DNA from: Yuukianura sp. NJ FZ-2021
Taxonomy: Eukaryota
DNA length: 64,000 nt
Assembly (NCBI GenBank): GCA_046563655.1
Contig: CM102287.1
Coordinates: 5,518,001 to 5,582,000 of the forward strand
Reading direction: 5' to 3'
Below are positions 40,101-52,900 of this stretch, in pieces (the stretch's first letter is position 1; each line of letters begins with the position of its first letter). Under the pieces are notes generated by a model. It was not told the origin of the DNA, searched no databases, and was given only the letters and a program-made list of their open reading frames with translations. The translations under genes and the position numbers were made by a program.

Positions 40101-43100
40101 TTCGCAATTTTTCGAATTTTGCTGTTAGTTTTACAAAATTCTTGAGATGAGCGGAAGAGATCGGAAGATGAAGGACCTACATGTGTGGGAAAATACTTAA
40201 GGCCTACGGAGATCTCATTTTGTTTGGATGACCTCCAACACTGACAGGTCCCATTGTAACAAATTCCCTCCTTCAATTTTCCACCCGATTGATCTCATTC
40301 TTCCTCTCCTATTTTCACTTTCCTTAGCCCCAACCCATGAAAACCCTAACTAACCTTACTCTAACCCTTAACTTGTTACCCCGAGGAGAGGGTTTCCTTA
40401 GAAAACATTCCAAAGGAATGAGGAATTGTTAGACTATTAAAGTAAACCCGGCTTCTCTTAACAGGTGAACCCTTCAACAATCCCTACTCAATCATCTACA
40501 TTCCGTAAAAGAACAAAAACAAATCCATGTATACAAATACCAGCAAACGATTTTGGATTTCTCAGTTACCTAAACCACACCGAAAATGATACCAGAAGCT
40601 GTCAACAATCAACTGAAAATTTTCTCTTTTTGTTCCTTGTTCTGAGGACAGCCAAAATTACAAATTCTTTGCCAAAATTTGAAAATTTGTAGGAGGAAAT
40701 CAAAAAAATGTGATTTAAAAATTAAATTGCTAAACATTCACTGTTTGGGCGTTTCCAGATTAGGGTTGAAGGCTGAACTGCAAAAGTTAGAAAAAATCTG
40801 TAGACTGGAAAAATCGCGACAGTGACTGGCGTTGAAGTGACACAAAATTAATTTAATGTTTTCATGACACTCGCGTTGGTGGAATTTGGTCAAATTAAGC
40901 TCAGCGGAAGTGATCTCGTGAAAATAAGCTTTCAAGAAGAAAAAGAAGAAAGATTGAAGTTGATTAAACCAATTTCTCGCATGTCCTAAAGTTAGAACTG
41001 TACTAAAGAAAAGAAAAAACGCTGCCTGCTATCTCCAGAAGTCATTTCTACCTCCCCGCATCCCGCACAGTAGTAGTACTAACTGTAACTACACCGTACT
41101 TCTGGAAAATGTACTTTATGAATGTTCCAGAAAAACTCGGAAAAAGCTACCCGCATCTCCCGCCGCTTGAGTTCATAAGATTTAGGAAAAGTATCCAATC
41201 CACAGGGAAGCTTCTTTCTACCTCAACTTAACTTTCCCATAGTCATCCTTCCAAGGGCCCCCACAAAAGTCCCCCCTGCCCATCAGAGTCAAATTGAAAA
41301 GTGTCTTCCCCCTTCCTTTATTCGTCCTTTGTTCAAAAATATTTCACATGTACATCTCCTCATATCTCCCTCGAGATCTCATCTCACCTTCCTATTACAT
41401 CCGACTGACACTAAGGACTCATCTCCAGCCGCCGCCAAGTCCCTCCACGCACATTTGAAACAAGTTGATGCCACCCGGGAACGCTCAAAAGTCATAATTG
41501 AAAACTAATCAAACTGGAGTCATCTCATGCACTTCCATGCTGGCTCCTCACCTCTTCCGCATAACCTAACAAAACTAACTTTGGACTCCCAGTTTATCTC
41601 TCGAGATGATCTCACAGATGACTTCGGGACAGTAAAAGATAAAAGTAGCTATTCAGGAAACTGCTTTGTCAAAGGTCATTGCAGCTTATTTTCAGTTTTC
41701 ACCTTCCGGAAAGTCAGAATGCCAAAAACCTAACCAAACTAGCCTAACTTATAACCTACCTATGCATAACCTAATCTCTTTATTAAAATGTTTACTAAAC
41801 TGGATTTGCTGACCTTGTTGACCTTGTTAACATCAACATTATTTACCTCGATCTTCAACGGAATGAATCTGAAGTAACATTTTAAAAACAACGATTCAAC
41901 GCAATTTTCTGTGATCGGCGTTAAATCGGTACAGAGCGTTTCGAAATTTCGAAATAACTGAAGGAAATCCGACACTGTGCTTTTGAATGCCCAAGAATTC
42001 AGAAGCTGTGAGAATGGTGAGCGTGTCTAAAGGACTTGAGTGACTCGGAAGACCAAGTGACATGCCATCACCAGTTTCAATGGGAAACCGGACTGGGACG
42101 AACAAGAAGAAGACGTGTCCAGGTGAGAATGTCAACTCAGTAGCTGCTACGGATTTTAAATTTCTGATACAAAAGAGGTTTAAGAATGTAAGAACCCCCG
42201 TTTTAAGCCTCCTCCAAAAAACTTATTGTTCTGTTCCATGATTTATATTTATTCGTCCTCAATTACCCATGCAGAGGCTAAAAATTTATTATACCCGGAA
42301 AAATTATGAACTGAAACACTCCCCATTGAGGCTAGAAGTTGCTCCTTTAAATTATTAAGCCCTCACATGCAACCAAATGCAATACTGTATGCAGTTCATA
42401 ACCTAATGTAAGTTCAAGTTAGGCAAAAAGGCAGTCCAGTTCGATATCAGCATTTCAGATCTAGTGAGAAAGTCCAACCTTCACTAAGAATCGAACCAAC
42501 GTCAAGTGACAATTGATGACTCGACCGGTGAGTTATAAGTTGTAACTTGATCCGATTATTTTATGATTTATTCTAACCCATCAAACCTAACCAGAATTTT
42601 CAAATTCAAAAGTCACTCAAATATTGACATCACATCCATCAACACCACTTCCAAAAAGTCACCAACCTGACTTTCCAAATTAAAAAATTTCATTTGAAAA
42701 GTAAAACTTTTCCAAAAACTCGTTTTCAACAACAACTTTTTTCGGCTCATTCAACCTTGCTTTCAAATTGGCAAAGACTAAACTTTTCTGCAACAGGGAT
42801 TTAACCAGAAGCCCAACTTAACAAAAACGAACAAGAGAAAGCAAAAGCAAAAGAGAAAATTTCTTGTTCAATCTCAAATAAAACGAAAGAAAGGCTTTGA
42901 ATTTTCCCCTTTCCCGCTTCCATTTTTAGCATTTGGTGACAAAAGTGACGAAAATATAAGAAAAGAGGGGAAAGTCTTTTCATGTTTGTGAAAATTAGCA
43001 GATGTGTTGAGTACATAAATAAAATGGATGGATGAATCACGGTCTTTTAGCCTTCCACTTTACCACACCCTGCGTACTCCCCTTTAGCAGTACTTCCAGC

Positions 43101-45844
43101 ATCAAACTGCTGGCAATTTCCCTGATTTCTCCTGGATTAAAATAGGAGCAGCCTGGCTCCTTACGAGATCACGAGAGCACTGGAGTGTTAAAATGCAAAC
43201 ACGACTTTCCCTCTTCCGTTTTAAAGTTCACTAAAACCCGGGAGAAAGTTCCAGAATTCCCGGCATAGTCCGCAGTCGTAGTGGTGGTCTTAATATTTTT
43301 AAAGTTATTGGCCTTCCTCAGCACAAAATCTAATTATGCCTGACGATGACAAGGGCGGACACTTTGGGGTTCAGCCCAGTGCCAAAGAAAATAAATCCGG
43401 AAAAGCGGAGAGGGAGAATTGGAATTCATAAAAAATCAGATTATGGGGCCAAAAGTTGTGCCCGGAGTAGTTTTTTATCTCCTTATTAACATGGATATTA
43501 CTTCAGCAAAGAACCGAAACGGGAAGTGCCGCAGTCAGAGTCACTTACCCTTTCCGCCCTCCCAGCTTTTCTAATTTTTTTTTTCTAAAAAACTAAAAAA
43601 AAATTCAAATTGAACCCCATCTTCACTTCCCCTCGTCACAAAAGCGTCATGACTAAACCTCTGTCGTAAGAAACGCTTCGACTATTTCCAAATTTAGCTA
43701 ATTTAAATTGAACAATACCCAAATCCATGCTTTTCACCCGTTCTAAATTTTTCATCATTAACATTGCAGTGGCAGAGTTCTTAAAAAACAGTTCGTTTCT
43801 TGAGTACAATGCCAACGCGTGATTAGTGTGCAACATTTATGTTTTGTGAAAGTCAAACTAAGGGAGTGGCTTTCCTTGTCATCTTTATCGGCCCCATTAA
43901 ATGCATTTCTCATTACAAAACGACAGAGACGGAAGGCAGGCGACAGAGCGTTCGCTACTTTCTCCGGGGGCTGCCACGTGCCGCACTGCACTTCTGAAAC
44001 TTATCGCTTATTAAGCATTTCTCATTCAGCGATTTCCATCTTACGCTCAAGTACAAAAGCCCTCACTAGCTACATAATAACCAAAAAACGAACAGTTTAT
44101 ACACAAATCACACATTTGTTCCGCCAAAATTTAGCTTAGCATTCAAAAACAAAACAAGAAACTACGCTTCATGGTATTGAATCTGATCAATTCGATCCTA
44201 ATCAAAAACTCATTTCGAAAACTGGTTAAAACCCAACAAAGCCTTAACAATGTCTAGTCGAAACAACGCTACGCAATAAGCAAGATAGAAAAATTAAGAA
44301 CACTTTTTTTTTCAAAAACGATTTTTCTTCAAAAACCAAAAACGCTTCTTTAAAACTGCTCGTTCAGCAAAACACCTGAAACTCATTTTAGCTATCTCTA
44401 CAACTGGAGCGTAGCTCCCACTTTTAAGCAAACGCGTCAAGTGGCACTGAGGAATTTCACTTAATTTGGGCGTGTTTGAAGAGACAACAAATCGCAACTT
44501 TAAGAATTTAGTCAAAAAGCTTTCCTTCTCCCTCCAAATGACTCTTGAGGAGAACTTAAGTTAATGATCTCCCAGAAGCCAAAATTAAAATTCCCCTCCC
44601 CCTTCATTAATAAAGGCTGTGTGGAGGAGTTAAATACTGTTTGCAGAGGAGGCTTTAGTTTGACTAATGTCATTGGAGGTGGAGATCTCCCCACCCTCCA
44701 GAGAGGAGCATGCTTATTGTAGTTCTGTATCTGATAAATCCTAGTCCTAATTTCTTATTTCCATTCCTAAGGACTCCACTTGAGTCAAGAGAGAGAGAAG
44801 ATGGACTTAATCTCTTCTTCTAAAGTGTAAGTAAACTCCAGCACAAGATAAATCCACAGCCGCCAGAAACCAACAGACCATCATCCCCTGTTCGTCTTGT
44901 TTCAATCTATGGAATTACTACAAGAGTTGCATAGCCAAGGGCCCTCAGATCCTCGTTAGGAAGATCCCAGGGAGGGGGTTGGTCGTGGGGGTAAATTGGT
45001 GAGATGAAGATGGATCTTCCAGGAAAAGTTCCAAGTACGGGACTACATAAGGGGGGGGGGCACAAGTCTAGGGGGGGGGTAGAATATGTTCATAGCCCAT
45101 AGACTTTTAAAAGGCACCCCCACTTCCTCAAGTGTAAAAATTCATCTTCTCGACTCCAGTAGGCATCCTCCAGGTGAGTCGAAATCGTATGTCGTCGTTT
45201 TTGAAGAAAATTTGAACCGTCAATTTCAAAATTCTGAATTTCATTCTGAGAAATTAACGAATTTCCTTAAGAATTTTCAATAATTCTTTCCATGTACAAA
45301 AAAAAAGTGAAAGCAAGCTGTGCTTTCACTTTGACCTTCAACTAGAAAATTTCGCTCTTTCACCTAAATCTTGCGTAAAGCTAATTGCCCAGCAGACTAC
45401 GACAAAGTAGTGTGAGGGTTACAAGAATTCTCCACAGGTATCTCAGCTTCATTGTTGCAGGAGGGTGGTTTTTTCAACCCTCTTATACAAAACTCTTCAG
45501 AGGGTTGAAAAAGTTTGATCTCGAACAATAGGCTGCGCAATGCCTCTGATACAAATCCCAATGCCATGGGAACAGTACAGCCAGGGACCAAAATTCCTCA
45601 AGCCATATCAACCCCCTCACCCCCTTCCATCCTTCATTTCTTTTGCCTCTCACTTAAACCAGTACGCGCATCTCCTCCTAACAATTGGATTTTATTTTCA
45701 AAAAAGTATAAAGTCTCTTGCTCATTTTAATTCCTCAACAAACCCCATACCTCCCGCACCCCTTTTCCAACAATGAAAACGAAAAAAGTCTCCATTGGAA
45801 ACCGGATTATTGATGGGGTAGAGATCCAATATGCCCACTGCTGG

Positions 45845-45916
45845 CCCCCCAATCCACAATCCACATTCTGTACCCCCAATCCACAATCCACATTCTGGAC
45901 ACCAATCCACAATCCA
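45845..45916. repeat. Minisatellite, about 2.7 copies of a 26-27-bp unit (core CCAATCCACAATCCACATTCTG) built on a CAATCCA heptamer
   Basis: Core starts at 45849, 45876 and 45902. Confidence 0.9.
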
Positions 45917-48900
45917 TAACCTTCCTACCTCTATGTCTACCGTCTAAATAATGAATCCAAAGTCTTCTCTGGAGGATCTATGGCACTTGGGCAATTGCTC
46001 TACACTCTGCGAGATGAGATCTTCAAGTCCACATGGTCTTTGCTACAGAGAACTCCGGCTAAACCCATTTAGATTCTAACGGCCTTCGCATCACCCGCTT
46101 TCGCCATGAGAACAGAAAACCGGCGGAGCCCCGACTACAACTAATACCAGCCTCAGCTGTATGCCCCTGCGCCTTCCAAACCTTAGGGTTGAATAAACCA
46201 AGACCAACTTATGCCACTACTCGGCACAACTCAACTTCAGCACTTCAGTCTCAGGTGTAACACCGCCACAGTTACATCTTCTCCTCTCATCCGCCACTTA
46301 CAACTTCCACTTCCCATCAAAATTTTATCGTTTATTGTTACGCGCCTCCAAATTGGAATCGCACATTCACATTCTGCACGTCCTGCTGCAAACACTCTTT
46401 TTAACTCCAAAAAACTTCAGTTCAGTTCATACTAACAATTCACGATCTGCGGGAAGGGAGTCAAAATTAAACTTCCAAAGTAGTTTGAATTTCCAGTATC
46501 CCAGTGCAAGTAAAATTCAGCGAGTTTGAAATTTAACATTTCTGCAAAACCGAAATTTGCACACAATCGACATTCTAGTGATAAAAAAAAACTTCAAAGT
46601 ATCGCCGAAATCACATTTTAAATTTCCAAAATTCTTTAAAAGTTTGCAGCAAACTTTAAAAACTCCAAATCATAAATACGTTTTCACATGTTTTGAAAAA
46701 CCATTTCAATCAACAGCAACGTGAAAGTGACATTTTTTCCAAAACTTCGAAAAGTCTTTGAAGAATTCACAGAGCCTTCTTCTCTTCTCTGTTCCAAAGT
46801 TTTTCAAAAAGTGAAGTTTGTTACAAAGTTTTTGTGCCTTGAGCAGCAGCTCTTTTTGCTTCAAGAATTTAAAATTGGAAATTTTTAAAAGAAAGTTGAA
46901 GGCATCCTATATAGTGAAAAAACCGCTTTTCAAATGTCGTGGATTTGAACTTTACACAAAAAGAAGAAACCTGTCCACCTTTAGCAGCTCTCTTCTTATG
47001 CAGTTTGGTGATGATTATGGAGTGTGAATCCTAACGAGGTGAAGATTTATACTTTCATGATGAGCTGCTCTTTTTTCTTTCTTTCTCTCTGCAGGTTCAT
47101 TTCAAAAGTGAGCTTAAGAATGATAACGTCCGATTCAAAAGATACCCAAAACGTATTATTATTCACAGAAACTTGGAAAAAAGTCTACCTTTGAACTCTT
47201 AAAGTCCAAATCCCTCTCCATTCCTTTCCGCTCCAACGCTGTCATGATGAGCATCTTCTGAAAAAGTAACTATTGTCAAGGCTGCTCCGAATATCCCACT
47301 TTCATCTTTTTCCATTGTTCTCTCCATTTAAATTTGAATTCCCTCAACAGCCTTTTGTCCAACAACCTCAAAACGTGAACTGAACAACCCAAATCTCAAA
47401 ATCTGCAGCTTAAAACTCATCTGAAACCTTAAAATTTAAAACTCATTCCGGAAAACTGAAAAGTTAAAACTCATTCCGGCTGAGTTTCGAATTCAAAAGT
47501 AATAGAGGAAGCCATTAGACAACAAACGTCCTTTGCTTGTAAAAAAAATTTAGCACTTAAAAAACTAGTTATGAAACAACAGATTTTTTTACACTCATAA
47601 GAAACAAAAACACAAGTTCAGCCGGAACGAAATGCTTTGAAGAACATTTGTGAAAATTACACCACCAAAAACATTATGTTCTTCCACGCATCTTTCTCCT
47701 TTAAAAGCAAAACTCCTCCTCTAATGTTTGCTTTAGATCTAGTTAGGCTCTTTTCCTCAATTTAAAGACTACAGTCGGATGTTACAGTGTTGCAAAAGTT
47801 TTAAACAATAAAAGTCAAAGGTCACGAAGGTGCAAAAAGTTTCTTAATGGAATCCTTTCCCGCGTGTTTGCAATTTTAATATCAACCAGCAGGATTCCTC
47901 CGCCCAAAGCCCTAAAGTCATTTTCCATCTTCTTCCTTTATCGCTTACTCACGATCACAATTATAAAAGGCTCTCCTCTTCATTGTTTGAAATCTCAGAT
48001 GAAAAGTGAAGTGTTTAGGTATGGACAGGGAGTAGGCAGAGACAAATGGACCCTAGAGTTATGTTAAGTTAAGGTTTATAACTATGTTAGGTTATGTTAG
48101 AGTTATAACTATGAGTTCACAACCTAGGTTTTTCGGATCATCATAGTCAGAAGCTATTTTTGGCTTCACCTTAGTTCAAGCAGCGTTTTTTACAGTAAAA
48201 GCGCCATTTGAAGATGAAGTAGCGTCCTTAGCGTCACTTCGCGCCAAAGTAGCGTCGTTAGTTTAGTCCAGGTGAAAGTACCGTCGTTAGACTCTCCGCA
48301 ACCGACCGGAGCGGAGTTAGCGTCAGCGCACTTCCGAAACAAAGTTATTAACATACCGAACCATAAGTTTTTCAACTCGTTTTTTTCCTCGCCAAAATGC
48401 TAAAAGTAGCCTCAACTTTTTTTTAGCGAAAACCCATTCCGTTTTCTGTCGTCGCTACAAGTGTATTGAACTTCCTAAATCAGGTGAACCAATGAGGTGT
48501 TACAAAAGACACTTTGGAAAAGACTTTGAACTCCTCGTAACTTTTTTGAGCTTCCTCAGGTTCTTTTTCACTGTCATCATCAGTGTCAATATATTTCAAG
48601 CCTAATTCCCGGGTTAGTCAACTGCCCTCTTCCCTATTTGTTTCCTCTAAACCATCAAAAACGCAGTTTTTCTTCTCTGCTCAAATAGCAAATAGCTCTT
48701 CCGTCTTGGTCTTTTTTCATGGTTCGTCTTCTTTCCGCTCGAACAGGCTCACAGGTAATCCAAAACTGAAAATGGAATTATCGACATTCGACAGACGGAA
48801 GCAGAAGAGACAGGAGAGTTTTGCCAAAAAGAATCAAACCATAGCAATTCCAATCTCTCTAAAATCCCTCCACAATTCCATCTTCCTATTCCAGATAGGA

Positions 48901-49720
48901 TTTAACTTTAGTCACACAACATCGTCTGGGGACTTTAGGTTTACGTTTGCTTTTGAGACTTTAGGCGGAGCGGAGGAAGCGGGAGTCAAGTCGGAAGCTT
49001 ACACTTATGCCGGAAATTGCAACTGGTCTGTGTGTAGTGAAGGGAAGCAAAAAAAGAATGAACAATAGGTATTTATGCATGGGTCTCACGAGACGACACT
49101 TATAGGCAATAAGTTCACAGGAAGAAAAGATAAGCAGAAAAGAACAAAAGAAAGCAAAGGCGAGAAGCCAGTGCTTTCCCTTGCTTTCTCCATTGCAAAA
49201 CTTTTGCATAACCAAAACACAATCTCCGCATAAACTCAGTTTCCTTCCTCCGCCGTCTCCATTCAGTAACTCAATTGAGCCTTTTCCATAAGAAAGAGAA
49301 AGGAGCAATACCGTTACGCTTACTTCTTACGTATCTCATATAACCCATTTACGTAGCAAAAAGAAAACCCACTTACACATAAACATTTCCGTTTAAGTAA
49401 GAAACAAAAGTGCGAAAATCAAGCGTAAAAACTCTAACCTTCACTGGCCTTACGGTGGGTAGAAGATGAAAGAATTTAAAACTCAAAAACTCCACGAAAT
49501 CGGTGCAAAATCCCAAAAAAAATTGAAACGAAAACTACAAAAAGTGTCAACTCCTAGAAACTGGAATGAAAAATTCTGTCAAAAAAAAAAGAAAAGAAAA
49601 GAAAAAAAAAGTCAATTTTTTAAAATTAGAATTATAAAATTTAGTTTTTTTAACGGAAAAACTGCAAGAATTGAAATGAAAACAAAACACTCGATGTAAA
49701 AACTGGAAAAACTGATTTGA

Positions 49721-49935
49721 CAAATATAAAAAGTTACAAAAATTCTCACCAGTGGAAAAGTAAAACGAAAACGACCAAAAACTAAAATGGAAAACTCTTA
49801 ATTCACAGTTAAATGTCTAAAAAGGGACTGTGAACTGTGAAACTGAGTACGCAAATATAAAAAGTAAAGTTAAAAACACTTCTGAACAGTTGAAAAGCAA
49901 AACGATAAAAACTAAAATGGAAAATTCTTAATTCA
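49721..49935. repeat. Degenerate tandem duplication, about 130-bp period, rich in A-tracts
   Basis: CAAATATAAAAAGT at 49721 and 49852; ACTAAAATGGAAAA(C/T)TCTTAATTCA at 49781 and 49911. Confidence 0.8.
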
Positions 49936-52900
49936 ATTGAATGCTTAAATGAAAAGTTGTAAGAATTGAATTGAAAAACATTAAAAATTGAATTGAAAAT
50001 GCCAAAATTGGAAGTTAAGTATTTAGTTGCCTCGGTTGAGCGACTGCCGCTCTTTGTACGTCTCTTTTCTGCGTTCTCAGTTACGTTTTCCTTAGCTGAA
50101 GTGAACAAGTGCTAAATCAGTCATTCTTCCTGTATCCGAAAACCATCAGTTCCGTTGGTTCCTCTTGAATGATCCCATAAGTCACTCCATTCCTTCCCTG
50201 CTGCCGCACACTAAAAGAACTTACTCCATTCTCCTACTTCAAAGAAAGTAGCAGTTACAGAGAGGCACAACCATTAGCATTATATCCGCAGACTGCCAAT
50301 TCCACCGCAGTTCCTTTATTTGTGTCGAATGTCGATTGTAGAAGAAGAAGACTTTGTTCCAGATCTAGGTTTCTCACTTCCCATTATCCCAACTACTCAA
50401 CCTCAACTTAACAATTCAAAAACGATCTCCTGCTCCACAGATCAATTGAGACACACATGTCTCAACTCCTCCAAATCATTAGGAATCATCAAACCCCCAA
50501 TAATTCAAAAAACTCAACCATAACCACCAATTTCAAATACGTTTCAAAACGGAACAAAATTTAAAATTTGAAATTTCCAAATTTGAAAAACCTAACTAAA
50601 GCACAAGCTCAGGCGGATGCGGATGTCGAGATGACCACAACTCCAAATGTAATTCATGTTTGGAACGTGGTACACATTTTACTTCGTGATTTTGTAAAGT
50701 AACGTAGGAGCCATCACTAAACTAAACCTAAGATAAAAGTTAGGCCAACCGCTCGAGCAAACACATCACCTCAAACACCGTTTTCTGTGATTTCCTCTTC
50801 TACTGCCTAAGCACTCTAGAGCTTCTCTAAAATATTAATCAAACTCCGGAAATGAGACATGGCAAGCACCATAAACTCCGAAAATCGGACCATTTTCCAG
50901 ACTTTGAATGGACGAGCTTCGCCGTTTTCACCGCGGAAACTGGGTCATACCATCCCTCATTCTGTAGCAAATAAAAGCCTACCCTAACTTAGAACGTAAC
51001 ATAGCCTAACTTTTACAACGTAGCGTCACCTAATGTTATAACATAACCACAAAGAAATCCACCTCAAAGGGCCCTCTAACTTTTTTCTTGCAGAAACTCG
51101 ATTGCACCGAAATCGCAATTTTGGAAGATCGAATCTTTCGAATTTTGGCTCAGAATTTGTTTTTCTAAAAAAAATTCAGCAGTTCCAATCTTCCAATATA
51201 ATCTTGGGGAGTCTTAGAGCGTAGCGGTGGAGCCAAAACCCATTTCAAAGTCCACTTTCGAATTCAGAGAGAGAATGGTTAGGTTGAAGTTAGGTTTTAA
51301 AGGTTAGGTGTTCCTTTGGAATGAATTTATGCGTAGAGAGCACTTACACTTAATTTCGTAAGGGGTCTAATCTTACCCCAACAGAAACCCAAAGTAAATC
51401 TAGTGTGCTAACGACAGTATTCAAATATTTGCAGATCCTCGAACTTCCCTGTATGCTTTTCACACCTTCACAAGACACTTTCACACCTCCAATCTCCTTA
51501 TCCCTACGCACACAGAATCCTCTAATAACACAAACTTCGTCTCTCCAACTTTCCCTTAACCTAATATGTTAAGGTTAGCCTAACATTGGGTTTCACCGCG
51601 TCTGAAATGTTAGGTTATGTAAAGTTTCCTTAATTTGTCTAAAATTCAATTCCACTTCGAGACACACCGAATCATTTCCTTCTAGAAGATTAGGCCCATC
51701 AACTAGAATAACCAAAAACAGTTGGAATGTTGAAGTCAGGAGAAAGGTGAGGGTAGGCTAGGCTAATAGCCTAACCTTTGCAAAAGTAATAGGCAGGAGA
51801 AACCTAACCTAACTAACCTAACAAATTAGCAATTAAATAACATGCTCCATAATAATTTCCTCTAAGCTCTGGCCCAATTTATCTTCTTTAATATGGCTTT
51901 TCGTCCTCCCAAATTGAATCCTAACCACACTTTCCATTTCACTTTCCCCGAGAAAATCTTCTCGCTTAAGCATGTTCAACTTTCCCCACTCTAAAAACTT
52001 CTCTTTAGTCCCATCACTACTTTTCCAGTTGAGTTCCAATTTCCACGCGAAAGTTGATGTTTTTTCAATTAAGGACTCCCACCCATTTAACTTTCCTTGC
52101 GGTCTCTAGTCTCTGGGATGAGAAAAGTATTTTACGACCTCCAAGCGACATGCTTCCCGCCGCGTCTTAACTTTCCTACGAGACTAAATTCAAAAATCTT
52201 GTCTTGGCCAAAAACTGGCTACACTCTTCCCAGTAAGCTTTTTAGTATTAAAGAAGCCTCAGAATCTTTGAGAATCAGAAGTGTATGAAGGTAGAGGAGT
52301 GTCATAAACTAAGTCCTTAAGTACTTCAAAATAATCTACTTAGCGATTTGGAAAAAAATGGTTTTTGCCATTTAACCACTTTACCACTTCTCGTAGCCTT
52401 AACCACAAAATTCTCAGAGTCACGTTAACTCATATTTTACAGAAATAGGAAACTTGATACTTTACCATCCAAAACCACCACATTAATAAGCCCATTTAAA
52501 ATCAGGCAAGATGAGAATCTTTTTAGCGAACCTCATCATTTTCAAAATTCCTCCCAAGAACCGTTTAGCAAAATTCCGAAAACTCAAAATTCTTGACCGC
52601 GTCTTCCTTAAAATTTCCAAGAAAACTCCAATTTCACAAAAATCTTCCAAAGTCTAAACTACTGAGCACGTAGCTCCAATTTAAAGTGACCACATCTCGA
52701 TGATGCCAAAAATGATGAAATTACGAAAACGTTTTCCCGCGTGCACACCACTTACAAACTGTAGCAGTGGTGTGCACTAGTCTAAAGCATCATCCTCTCT
52801 GCGAAATTGCCAAATAAAGCATACAGTTGAATCTTTGAAAGCGATAATCATAAAAATTCCTACCTCGAACCCCTTCAGTTTTTGGCCAATTTATTCCTCA

